A program made the translations under genes and the position numbers. Below, piece by piece: positions 22,965-34,040 of a stretch of DNA of 64,000 bases. The notes beneath the pieces were generated by a model that worked only from the letters and a program-made list of their open reading frames with translations, had not been told where the DNA came from and searched no databases. Source of the DNA: Strigamia acuminata (Eukaryota); contig OX442314.1 in assembly GCA_949358305.1 (NCBI GenBank), forward strand, positions 10,912,001 through 10,976,000, in the 5' to 3' direction. How positions within the stretch are numbered: the first letter of the stretch is position 1; the number at the start of each line of letters is the position of its first letter.

Positions 22965-25686
22965 CTTCGAATTTCGTGCGCAGGACCCATCTACATCCGA
23001 TTACATTTCGATTTTTCGGTCGATTGCATTCTTCCCACGTTTCGTTTTCAATTAAGGCGTCGTATTCTTCCTTCATTGCTTTCATCCATTCCTGCGGGTT
23101 GCTTCCGTTCAATGCTTCGCTTGCTGTCATCGGATCGTCGGGAGTTGCTATTTGCGCAATTTCGTCCAAAACTTCATCAACTGTTGGCAAGTTCTTTCTA
23201 GTGTATTTCTTTCTGGGTGGGTCCCCATTTCTATTTGGGTATGGTTTTGGTGTTCTTCCGGATCGTCGTAGAGGTGGGGGCAAGTTTTCAATTTGTGGGG
23301 CTTTGACTTCCCCTTGCTCTGGCTCCGATTCGTTTCCGTTTTCTTTTTCGATCTTGTTTCCGATGTCGGTGTCGTTTTCGTCGTTCTCGGATGTTTCAAG
23401 TTCATCTAGGCTGGTTCCAAATTCAATGGTGACTTCGTTTTTGTCTTCGTCTGGTTCCACGTCTAATTTCTCGCTTGATTCTTCATTCAATTCCCCGACA
23501 AATTTTACATCTCGACTTTTGATCATTTTTCGTTCATCTTTTGACCACATTCGATACGCCTTCGATCCCTCCCAATAGCCGACAAAAATACATTCCTTTG
23601 ACTTTGGATCAAATTTCTTTCTTCCTGGTTTCTTGTCCAGTGCAAAAGCTCGACTTCCGAAAATTCTAAAATGTCCAACGTCTGGTTTCTTTCCAGTTAA
23701 AGCTTGATACGGTGTCTCGTTCTCCAGACTTCTTGTTGGGCATCTGTTTCGAATGTAGCATGCGGTGTTTATTGCTTCCGCCCAAAATGCACCCGATAAT
23801 TTCGATTGTATAATCATGCATTGTGCCATTTCTAGTAACGTCCGGTTCATGCGTTCCAATACGCCGTTCTGCTCGGGCGTGTACTCGACGGTGAGTTGTC
23901 GTTGTATGCCGTTCGTCTTTAAATAATCGTCGAATTCTTTATTTCTGTATTCTTTTCCGTTGTCTGATCGAATTGTCTTCACTCGACATCCAGTTTGATT
24001 TTCGCAAAGTGCTTTAAATGTTTTAAAAGCTTCGAAGACCTCGTTCTTGTGTTTGAGGAAATAAACTTTGCACCATCTGGTCTTGTCGTCGATGAATGTC
24101 ACGAAGTATCTTGAACCGTTGATCGAATTTGATGGCATTGGTCCGCACACGTCGGAGTGTATTATTTCAAAGTGATTCTTGCTTCTTGTCATTGAGACTG
24201 GAAATTTTTTGCTTGCAAGTTTCCCTTTAATGCACGTCTCGCAAGTTGGTAGTTTCGCGTCCTTTTCAAAATCAATTCCGCACGCCTTTCCGTCGTTTCG
24301 TAACAGTTTCAAACTTGACTCGTTTAAATGTCCAAATTTTTCGTGCCATTTGCGAATTTTTGCGTTCCCGGTTCTCGTCTTCTCGACTTCCGAATTTGGC
24401 TTTTTGGCTTTCACGATTTCGTCTGCTACTGCGGCTTCTTCGCTTTTGTCGACGATGTAGTACAGGCCATTTCGTTTCTCCGCGGTGAAAGAGATTTCTC
24501 CATTTGGTTTTACAACTTCTGCAGTCTCTTTTTCGAAAATAACTTTGTCGCCTCGGTCGGTTATTTTTCCGACGGACGTCAAATTTGTTCGCAAATCACG
24601 TACCAATAACGTTTCTTCCAACCTCAAATGCAAATCGTTGTTTTGGGAACTAATTACAATTTTTACTGTTCCTTTTCCGTCGATTTTCGTACTTGCGTTG
24701 CTGGCCAAATTCAATTTTTGGTTCTCCAAAGTTTTAATGTTTGTGAATGTCGATTCGTCCGAACACATGTGTGAGCTGGCGCCGCTGTCCAAACACCATT
24801 TTCTTGATTTTGGTGCTTCACATTTCATTGCCGTTTCCATCCATTCACAACAATACGCGTCGTGTTTGAATCTCTCGGCTCTGGATGCGGTTTCTTTCTT
24901 ATTCTTGCTCCAACAATCCGCGATTTTGTGGCCAAGTTTTTCGCAGCCGTGGCATTTGAATTTGAAGGTCGATTTCTCACCAGAATTGGTTTTTTTGTCG
25001 CCGTTTTTCTTCGACTGGCCTCGTCTTTGGAATGACTTTCTCGCCATCATCGCGTCGGACACGTCTCCTTTTCCCTTTCCGCGGGCGATTGACTCGTCTT
25101 TGATTTTCCCCTCCAAAATTTCCAGCGATGGCAATTTGTCTTGGGATTCGATCGCGCAGCGAAAGTTATCGTAGGAGTTTGGCAGGCTCAATAGCAGTAG
25201 AATCGTTGTAAAGTCTTCGGGCATTTTGAAATCCATGTCTAGCAATTTGTCTACTAGTTCAAAAAATTCTTTTAGGTGATTCTCCACATTCTCTCCGTCC
25301 GCCATTTTGTGCGTTGCAAGTTTTTTCAGTAGCGTGATTTTTCTGGCCGGTCCTTGTGACTGGTATACACTGTGCAACTTCTTCCAAAGTTCATTCGAGG
25401 TGTTGCAATTTTTGGCCATTCGAAGTTCTGACTGCTTTATATTCAGCAGGATATCATACTTTGCTGTTCGGTCCCGTTTTTCCCACGTCTCGATTTCCTT
25501 CGCACGTTTTGCGTTATCCTCGATGGCCTCTAATCGAATCGATGTTCCCTCCGCGTTTGCGAGGAGGTCTTGTTGACCCAAGATCGCCTCTATCTGGATC
25601 TTCCACGTGTCAAAGTTTTCTTTCCCTAGCGCCTCGATTCGAGCTGAATTTCCGCCGCTGTTCGCCATCGTTTCTTAGTTCTGTTT

Positions 25687-26005
25687 TGTTGTTTTATGAA
25701 TGTTATATTCCTCACCGCCAGGTGTCTTCCCACCTGTGCACCTGTCATTGGCACTGACCAATGAGTATCCTGTATTGTATTTGGTGCTCTATGTACTCTT
25801 TCACATCTGTTTTAGATTAAAAACTCACTGTTAATATTTCACCCAAAAGCCACGCGTCTCCACTTTGTGTCTCCAAATATTCAAGCCTAAAAACTACATG
25901 TTTTTCGTAGAATGTTTCTGTTTCGTAAAATGGTCAGTACCAATGACAGGTGCACAGGTGGGGAAGACACCTGGCGGTGAGGAATATAACATTCATAAAA
26001 CAACA
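25687..26005. mobile_element. 319-bp foldback/MITE with ~74-bp TIRs and TGT...ACA ends
   Basis: 25687-25760 is the reverse complement of 25931-26005 (1 mismatch, 1 indel seen). No TSD. Confidence 0.8.
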
Positions 26006-26393
26006 GACTTCAACATCAATTTTAACTCGTTCGGAATATGAAATTCATCCACTAGTTTAGAAACTGCTTCCTCACCTTCTGACCATCGCCTTCGACGACT
26101 GTCTGCACTAATTTTCTTGCTGTTAATTTGAATATTGAAATTATATTTCCATAGTAAAACCGAAGTTTTTACTATGGTGATGTGTTTTAGACTCGGCAAG
26201 TCCAAAATAGACTTCATGGCTTGAAATGTAAAAAAGAATGTGTTGTTGAATTGTAAAAATAAAAATATTCATTATTATTTTACAATAATAGTCTTGCCTG
26301 CTTTATTTAACATAACTCACTATCGCACATATTCTTGTCACTCTAGCTAGGTGGGTGTAGTGCATCTAAACACAGCTTTTCCATATATTTGTA

Positions 26394-26735
26394 ACTAGCT
26401 GTGGCTACTAAATAAATCCCATGGTAATAAATCTTGTGGAAATAAATCCTGTGGATATAAATAAATCCTGTGGATATAAATAAATCCTGTGGATATAAAT
26501 AAATCCTGTGGATATAAATAAATCCCGTGGAAATAAATAAATCCCGTGGAAATAAATAAATCCGTGAAAATCTCGTGGAAATAAATCCCGTGGAAATCCC
26601 GTGGAAATAAATTCCGTGGAATCGTGTGTTGCATTTATGCCCAATAGATGGCGCTGTTTTTCCAAAAAAATGCATATTTTTACTTGTCACAAATGTGACA
26701 TCCATATAAAAGTTGCCTCGGCTTTGTGTTTTGTT
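26394..26735 (-). mobile_element. Non-autonomous Helitron-like element (copy 2) with an expanded 19-bp minisatellite
   Basis: CTAG/T 3' end at 26394-98 and tandem GTGGATATAAATAAATCCT units. Paralogous to 452-670. Absent from the equivalent site upstream of copy E (about 29228). Confidence 0.55.
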
Positions 26736-26982
26736 AATTTGCTGAAATTAAGAACATACAATTTTTTTTATTTATTAAATTTGAGTATGAAATATAAATA
26801 AAATAAAATAAATAAAATATATTAACTGATTCCTTTTTTATATTTCTGCCAATATCGGTGGAAATAGCTTTTCCGTTAAATTTTCCGTTACATTGACCAC
26901 AATAATAATCCTGTGTGGTAGCGAATTTTAAGAATTAATGCTAAAAAGTTGAAGCACTTTCAAACTACACAAATACACATTT

Positions 26983-29043
26983 TTATAAATACTCATAAGT
27001 TTCCATTAAATCTCGTTTTTCTTTTCGACTATAACCGCCCCTAAACAGCATAAAACCGGTTTGTATCAAGATATAAAAAGCTAAGCACTTCATGCAATAA
27101 CTGATGTCTTGTAAATTGACCACAGAATTTTGCACAAATTTTTTCATTATAACCTCAAGACTGCACACATGAGAGTCTGCGCACAAACTGTGAGCGAGAC
27201 AACAGCAAAATTCCTTGAACACAACCCTTTCATTCTCCGGTATAGTATTTCTTCGAGTGACACAAATAAGTTCCAAAAAATCTCTATCCAGCTTTCCAGC
27301 TTCACACGCATCGATAATTTCAGATATTTTGTAAAAACTATTTAGCACCGGATCTTGAAGGTCTCCAGGTCCGTCCATCTGTTTTTTAAGAAAGTCAAAC
27401 ACAATTTTGTTGGTCAAAAAATTCTCAAACCCCCGCCCAAAAAAACTCGCCAGTCTACACAAACTTTCTTCTAATTCTGATGCAACCGCCTCACTCATTC
27501 CTTCGGATGCAATTTTGGGAAGCCAGTTTCGAAATGCAGCGACATTTTTGAATTCCACTGTTTCGCTGGTGAAGTGTTGAATGAGAACCGCTTTCTTAAG
27601 CCTGCTCAGTTCACTCGCATTCGAGAAAGAAAAACTCAAAAATCTATTAACTTTCGTCCACTTGTTCGCACTTGTTTCGTTGTGAAGCAACCTGCGACAG
27701 ATCTCGTTCGCTAAGTAGGAACAATGCACTTTAAAAGTTGTCATTTCACTCTCAGTCGTGATGTATTCATTTGCAATCGACTCCAGAAAATCCCAATGGA
27801 AATCATACATTTTCTTAAAAAGTAAGTGAGCAACACATCTGTCCAAAATAATTCTTCTCTTTTTGATGTCCGTATCGTTAAACAATAATAAATGGAAATT
27901 ATCAAAATCTTGCATCTCGCAATAGTCGCAAAGCATGTACTGCACGAACGAATATTCAAGCTCGTAACGACAATTCCTCATTTCCTCAGGAGCATTTCTC
28001 CAAAAACGAATCAAACACTCCTTAACTCTGTCTCGTTTGGACCAAGTAAGTTGAAAAGACATGCTCATCACGACAAAGAAGACGTCACCCGACGCGAACA
28101 GGTTTAGAACGCGGCTAGACTTGGGTGTGAACGAATGCGTGTGCAAAAAATGTATCAGTACGGGTGCGAGAGGTCTCAATCCGAATTCCGAAGACAAAAT
28201 GATCCACATTTGATGCTCGTCCATCTCACCGAGTAGAAAGTTCATAATCCCAATCTCGAATGTGCAGTAACAATCTTTGTCGTGTGTGTCATCTACGAAG
28301 TGTGAAATCAAGTTTTCCAATTTACTTTTTTGCCGGATTAGCAGCTTGATGATCGCATTTCGTTCGTATGGTGTCATGAGCGACCAAAAATACTCAACGC
28401 CACATTGGTTTGCGTAGTCTATGCACAGACAAAACATTTTGACTTTCTTGTTGAAAGGGATCTTCGAAGAGTCAGTTTTAATCGTCATCCGTTTCCAATA
28501 TTTGTACATAATCGTTTTTAAGTTATCTGAGTCCTTTTGTTTGTCAAACATCCTCTTCAAAATGTTGCCATGTTCGTTCGAAATATCTTCCACAACGTCT
28601 GCGTCGCAACAGACGACGGCGAGGCAGAATCTGGATTCGAACGTCCATTCTTCTAACTCTGAAAGATCTCTTGCCGTTTTGGTCATGTCTAGTTGTCCGT
28701 ATATTGACCATTTCGTGCATTGGATGATTGTTTTCGCTAATTGCAAATCGAGACAGCTTTGGCCAATAAAAACGTGGGAATTTAAGAATTTAAGCAAATC
28801 CTTCAACTGGTATCCGACGTGCTTCACCAAAGACTTCAACATCAATTTTAACTCGTTCGGAATATGAAACTCATCCACTAGTTTAGAAACTGCTTCCTCA
28901 CCTTCTGACCATCGCCTTCGACGACTGTCTAGAGTGACTTTCTTGCTAGTAATTTTAACATTGAAATTATACTTCCATAGTAAAACCGATGTTTTTACTA
29001 ATGTGATGTGTTTTAGACTCGGCAAGTCCAAAATGGACTTCAT
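26983..29043 (-). CDS. Copy E: intact 686-aa uncharacterised protein, SOCS/BC-box-like N-terminus plus helical repeats
   Basis: Single uninterrupted ORF, paralogous to five other copies in the window. Confidence 0.88.
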   Translation of the reverse strand: MKSILDLPSLKHITLVKTSVLLWKYNFNVKITSKKVTLDSRRRRWSEGEEAVSKLVDEFHIPNELKLMLKSLVKHVGYQLKDLLKFLNSHVFIGQSCLDLQLAKTIIQCTKWSIYGQLDMTKTARDLSELEEWTFESRFCLAVVCCDADVVEDISNEHGNILKRMFDKQKDSDNLKTIMYKYWKRMTIKTDSSKIPFNKKVKMFCLCIDYANQCGVEYFWSLMTPYERNAIIKLLIRQKSKLENLISHFVDDTHDKDCYCTFEIGIMNFLLGEMDEHQMWIILSSEFGLRPLAPVLIHFLHTHSFTPKSSRVLNLFASGDVFFVVMSMSFQLTWSKRDRVKECLIRFWRNAPEEMRNCRYELEYSFVQYMLCDYCEMQDFDNFHLLLFNDTDIKKRRIILDRCVAHLLFKKMYDFHWDFLESIANEYITTESEMTTFKVHCSYLANEICRRLLHNETSANKWTKVNRFLSFSFSNASELSRLKKAVLIQHFTSETVEFKNVAAFRNWLPKIASEGMSEAVASELEESLCRLASFFGRGFENFLTNKIVFDFLKKQMDGPGDLQDPVLNSFYKISEIIDACEAGKLDRDFLELICVTRRNTIPENERVVFKEFCCCLAHSLCADSHVCSLEVIMKKFVQNSVVNLQDISYCMKCLAFYILIQTGFMLFRGGYSRKEKRDLMETYEYL

Positions 29044-29923
29044 GATTTGGAATTAAAAAGAATGTGTTGTTGAATTGTAAAAATAAAAATATTCATTATT
29101 ACTTTACAATAATAGTCTTGCCTGCTTTAAACGTCACAATTGTAAATTTAACATAACTCACTATCGCGCATATTCTTGCCACTTTAGCCAGGCGTGAGTA
29201 GTGCATCTGGACACTGCTTTTCCATATAACAATTGTGGATAATTGATCATATTATGTCGTTATTTTTTGTATCAACTGGTTAACATCACGAACGACAACA
29301 GATGTAAAGAATTTAAATGTAAATTTAGATGTAAAGAATGAAAAGTCGGTTTTTAATGCTCCCGGTGCTAACGCAAGTAAAACTGTATTTGTAATTTGCA
29401 TTACACGCTCCTGCACTGGTGCTAACTCAAAAAATGAGCGCAGGGATCCGCCACCTGGTGATGTCGAAGCAAACTGAAGCTACCGGTAGTTGATTGCATT
29501 TTATTGACATAAAACATTTTATTAGTCGTCGTTATCAAATCTATTATGGAAATCATAGTTTTCGCTTTTTAAAATTAAAATTATCATTTAAACGTGTTAA
29601 AACTATTTCTCGAGGGTGTCATGGCCTGGCAATTTAACACAAAAAATTAAACTTGATGTGCACTAAAATAAATATAAGAAAATACATTGCCATTGTCCAG
29701 TAATATTACATTGAACATTTTTTTGAAAATACATTAATTTATTACGTACGAGTTGCTACGGCTTTGTTTATTGTCCACACATTAGTGAATGTGTTTCACT
29801 TACAATTTAAAAAACTAATGCTAAAAATTGCACAAACTTTCGGCTTTAGAAACGAGAAACAAACTGGTAAATTTAGTTGAAGCTTAGTTGAAACACAGTT
29901 TGAACCTACACAAATATGTATGT

Positions 29924-31966
29924 TTAATCCAGATAAGTATCCATTATATCTGTCATTTCTTCTCCACTATAACCACTCGACGTCAACATCGTCTGGAGCA
30001 GATCTGGCACAACACAGTCCAGCATCAAACAACAGAACGGGAAGCACCTGATGCAATAACTCACAACGTGAGAACTAATAAAAGAAAAATTCATAAACTT
30101 CTCCATTATCGACTTATCGCGGCACGTGAAATAGTCGGCGCACACTCTGTGAGCGAGACAACAGCAAAATTCATTAAACACGACCATTTCATTGTCCAGT
30201 GAAATATCCCTTCGAGTTATACGTTCCAAAAAATCTCCATCCAGCTTGCCAGCTTCGCACGTATCGATAATTTCAGACATTTTGAAAAAACTGATCGAAG
30301 CCGTCCGTATTTTGTCCCGAGCACTCACGTCGTTGAACAACGCAATCTTCTCGAAGTCCTGCTGAAAATAAAATGCCAACGTCGACAAACTTTCTTTCAA
30401 GTCCGACACAACCACGTCACTCATTCCCTCGGATGCAGTTTCGGGAAGCCATTTTCGAAATCTGTCGATAAACTCGGATTCCTTCGACGGAGCCGTCAAG
30501 TGATCAATGAGAATCGATTTTTTAACTTTGCTCATCTCACTCGCATTCGAAAAAGAAAAACTCAAATATCTCTCGAGTTTCGCCCACTTATTCTCGTCAG
30601 CTTCGACGTCGAGCAACTTGCGACCGATGTGGTACGCAAAGTACGAACAATGCATTTTAAAAGTCGACATTTCTTCCGTCGTCGTTATGTATTTCTTCGC
30701 AATCAACTCCATGAAATCCCAGTGGAAACCGTTGAGATCCTTGGCAAGAATCTGCGGAATACATTTGGACAAAATCCTTCTTCTGTTTTCGATCCCCGCA
30801 TAGTTGAGCAACAAATGGAGGTTGTCGACATCTTGGGCAATGCACAGCGACGGATAAATATACGAATATTTATGTTCGTCGTGACATATCCTCATTTCGA
30901 CAGGAGCATTTTTCCAGAAAACAACCAACAAATCCCTGTGAAAGAACAAGCTGAGGTCTTCTCTGTAGCAGGGAGACTCGATCGTCTTGCAGATCATGTC
31001 GTAAAAGTCATCGCCCGATGCGAACAGATTTATAATGCGGCTCGACGTGGGCTTGAACGACTTTAAATACCAGAAATATTCGAGTAGAAGCGCGACTGGT
31101 TTCAATCCATAATCCGAAGATAAAACGCTTCTTATTTGTTGTTCGTCCATTTCGCCGAGCAGAAAGTTCGTGATGCCGTTCTCGAAAGTGCAGAAACAGT
31201 CGTCGCTGTGGTCGCCAACCTTGTAGTGTTCGATCAAGTCTTTTAGTTTACTTTCTGTTCCGACGAGCGACTTGATGAGCGCATTTCGTTCGTCGGGTTT
31301 CATGATCGACCAAAAATACTCCACCGCGCATTGGTTTTTGTGGTCGATGGAAAGGGAAAACATTTCTGCTTTCTTGTCAAAAGAGATCTTCGAAAAGTCG
31401 TTTTTGGTTGTCATCTTTTTCCAATATGCGTACATGATATTTTTCAAGATCGATTCGCTTCGTTTGTCGAAATTTCTTTTCAAAATGGCGGCGTTTCCGT
31501 TCCAGATTTCCTTGGCGACGTCAGCGATGCAAAGCACGACGGCGATGTCGAATCTGGATTCGATCGTCAGATCTTGTAATTGTGCGAGAGATCGCGCTGT
31601 TTTGGTCATGTCTAACTGTCCGAGGATTGTCCATTGCGTGCATTGGATGACGGAGTTCACGAATGTTACGTCGAGGTATTTGATGTCGTTGAAAACTTGG
31701 GGAACTAAGAATTTCAGCAGATCCCACAGTTGCTTTCCGACATGCCAAACCAACAGTTCCAACATTGGTTTCAAAATGTTGGGAATGACTAAAGCTTTCA
31801 CTAGTTCACAAATTGTTTCTTGAGTGTGTAACCATCGCTTCTTACGACTGTTTGTGGTCACTTCCTTGCAATTAATATGATTGATGAAGTTATATTTCCA
31901 CAGCAAAACTGAAGTTCTTGCTAGTGAAATGTGTTGTAGTCTCGGCAAGTCGAAAATGGTTCTCAT
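29924..31966 (-). CDS. Copy F: intact 680-aa uncharacterised protein of the same family
   Basis: Single uninterrupted ORF. Copies A and C are near-identical fragments of it. Confidence 0.88.
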   Translation of the reverse strand: MRTIFDLPRLQHISLARTSVLLWKYNFINHINCKEVTTNSRKKRWLHTQETICELVKALVIPNILKPMLELLVWHVGKQLWDLLKFLVPQVFNDIKYLDVTFVNSVIQCTQWTILGQLDMTKTARSLAQLQDLTIESRFDIAVVLCIADVAKEIWNGNAAILKRNFDKRSESILKNIMYAYWKKMTTKNDFSKISFDKKAEMFSLSIDHKNQCAVEYFWSIMKPDERNALIKSLVGTESKLKDLIEHYKVGDHSDDCFCTFENGITNFLLGEMDEQQIRSVLSSDYGLKPVALLLEYFWYLKSFKPTSSRIINLFASGDDFYDMICKTIESPCYREDLSLFFHRDLLVVFWKNAPVEMRICHDEHKYSYIYPSLCIAQDVDNLHLLLNYAGIENRRRILSKCIPQILAKDLNGFHWDFMELIAKKYITTTEEMSTFKMHCSYFAYHIGRKLLDVEADENKWAKLERYLSFSFSNASEMSKVKKSILIDHLTAPSKESEFIDRFRKWLPETASEGMSDVVVSDLKESLSTLAFYFQQDFEKIALFNDVSARDKIRTASISFFKMSEIIDTCEAGKLDGDFLERITRRDISLDNEMVVFNEFCCCLAHRVCADYFTCRDKSIMEKFMNFSFISSHVVSYCIRCFPFCCLMLDCVVPDLLQTMLTSSGYSGEEMTDIMDTYLD

Positions 31967-32780
31967 GGTTTGTAATTTCCAAGCAGTTGTTCAATGTGTT
32001 GTGTATTTCACATACACAGTTCAGTTCTTTGATTCGACAACTTCGTCGAGCTATCGACTTCATAAAACCTAAAAGATTTAAAATTTAAAATTTGAATTTA
32101 ATTAAAAATAATTTGTATTACTTTGTGATTTATTGCTTTTGCTGCATTCTACACTTGGTAAGTCTAAAATGGTTGACAGTTTGGAATGGTAAAGAGAAAC
32201 AATGCTATCACCAAAGCGTATTGTGTCACATTCACGCGGTGTATTCAAAGTGATTGAGTGTGTAATTGTTTGAATATCTATAAAATGGTTGTTTTATGAT
32301 ATCTCGTCAGTGTATAATTTATTTTAATTACTAAATATAATTGTCATTTTAGTCTGTTTAAGGTGGGGATGAGTAACTGATGAGGTGCTCACGAGGATGC
32401 TCGACAATAACTATTTCATTGGAATGTACAGCCATCTAGCGGCGCTTTGAATAAGCTATAAAACAAACAGATTACAAAATTAAACAAAACTATTAATTAA
32501 TAAATGAAATATAAATCAGAATAATTTTTAAACGGGAAAAAATAAATAAATAAACATAAAAAAATAGATGTAATTTATTTAAAATCAGAGTTGGCCGCTA
32601 GAGGTTAGGGTTGGAGCCCACGGTAGGTAATATCATGCTCCGCATGCCTAGAATACGCGTTATGCATTCTTTTACATTTAAACCTGGATTTAAAATGAAT
32701 TCACATGCAATTCTTCTACTCGTAGGTTCGTCATCAGCTTGAAATTACTAAAAGGAAAGATGGCGTGGTGAATTCAGCTT

Positions 32781-32826
32781 ATGACACAAACTTCGACCAA
32801 GCTGTTCGCTGCTGTTGCATTTCTAG
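32781..32826 (+). CDS. Putative alternative first coding exon of PCMT1 (hydrophobic leader)
   Basis: MTQTSTKLFAAVAFLG. Phase-1 donor (G/GTTTGC) is compatible with the acceptor TTTGATAG/GA ATG at 34038. Confidence 0.4.
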
Positions 32827-33429
32827 GTTTGCTTTCATTTCAAGTAAATGCCAATTTCTATCCGTAAACTGCGCATTAAATCCAACCATTCAATAATTTA
32901 TCTTTCCGATCAAATTCCAAACTTGACACGAACATTTGCACCAGATTTTTTTCTTTCCAGTAGAAACCTACGCACCAAATGATTTACATAAGGCAAATAA
33001 TAATTCGAGGTATTAAAATATAAAAAAATTCACAAATTTTATGATTAAAATTAAAATCCCACCAAAATAAAATAATACTATCGGTCCGGTCAAAATCCAA
33101 CCAGAGACGGATTTATTTAGGATTTCACCGATAATTTTCCGATATTGGAAGTCGATTCATTTCGTCGTTGATCATTTCCTAGCCCTGGTCCGGTCGACTG
33201 GGGCAAATTCCTTGCTCAGTTTGCAGTCACCTCGCCTTAATTGGGTCACTCGAAGCAAAGCAGTGTGAAATCGGCGAGCAGAAGTCTCAACAACGAGCCA
33301 AAAATGCGGAAAAAAAGCTAAAAAATGGCAACGAAATGATCGGCGACAAAATGAAAAGAGACTAAAAATCAACCGATACCGATATTTTATGTCAAATTAA
33401 TTTTGTTTTTAATACAAGAAGTTTGAATA

Positions 33430-33647
33430 CCGTATTTTAAGAGTCGCCCTCGAATAAGAGCCGCGACCGAGAGAGACGATTTGATATAAGAACCGCTCTC
33501 GAATAATAGCCGCGGCTATATACGTTCAATGAACGTAACATTGAGATATCGGCCACTATTTAAAATAAGAGCCACCCTCGATTAATAGCCACGGCTGAAA
33601 ATGGCAGTTTTGAATAAGAACCGCGGCTCTTACTCGATAAAATACGG
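33430..33647. mobile_element. Pogo/Tigger-like MITE
   Basis: TA-flanked CCGTATTTTA...TAAAATACGG termini and repeated CTCGAATAAGAGCCGC subterminal motifs. Confidence 0.7.
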
Positions 33648-34040
33648 TAGTTCATTTTTGCTGAAACGAACAATTTTATTTTTAATAAATTTATTGAATT
33701 AAAATATCCGGAGACATTTTTAACGTAATTTAAAAAATGCTGCAAAGTTAGCAGGATTTTTTAAATCGTTTAGTCAATAAAATGTGCAGATGTTTGCGCT
33801 TTGCAAAACTTTGCATGACGTGAACCGTGTGTTTTGCTGAATAGAAATAGCGGTATCCGATAAATCCGGCCCTGATTAACTTAGTTAAGCGTTTTTAGCA
33901 GAAGTGACAATGTTGTTGAGTTTTTTCCATTGCAGATTCGTAAAATTAATTGATTTGAAAATTTGGATTTGATGAAATTCTGCCGAAACACATTCCTTTG
34001 TATTGCCTTTGCGTATTTTAGCTTAAGCTCTTTGATAGGA

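Larger units (their letters stand above)
17913..25686 (-). mobile_element. Truncated Ty1/Copia retrotransposon (no LTRs, no RNase H)
   Basis: ORF 22965-25668 has CHGCEKLGHKIADC, WCLDSGASSHMC, HSDVCGP and RSDNGKEY. It continues in frame (TKFE/ANGSIERRKARLVAKG) at 17913-18622 with RT YVDDF once the Gypsy is removed. Confidence 0.92.
16144..26217 (-). pseudogene. Copy D of the ~680-aa tandem family, split by Copia/Gypsy/MITE; 563-aa 3' ORF still open
   Basis: 5' piece 26006-26217 (MKSILDLPSLKH...) and 3' piece 16144-17912 are close paralogs of 26983-29043. About 55 bp of gene is missing at the insertion. Confidence 0.9.

Noticed and set aside
3809..31823. Many plus-strand ORFs overlapping the polyproteins and family genes
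   Set aside because: Antisense shadows of real coding frames with no independent motifs.
33170..33310. GC-rich hairpin region as a possible ncRNA
   Set aside because: No convincing match to tRNA, snRNA, SRP or RNase P/MRP motifs by eye; more likely PCMT1 5' UTR or promoter.
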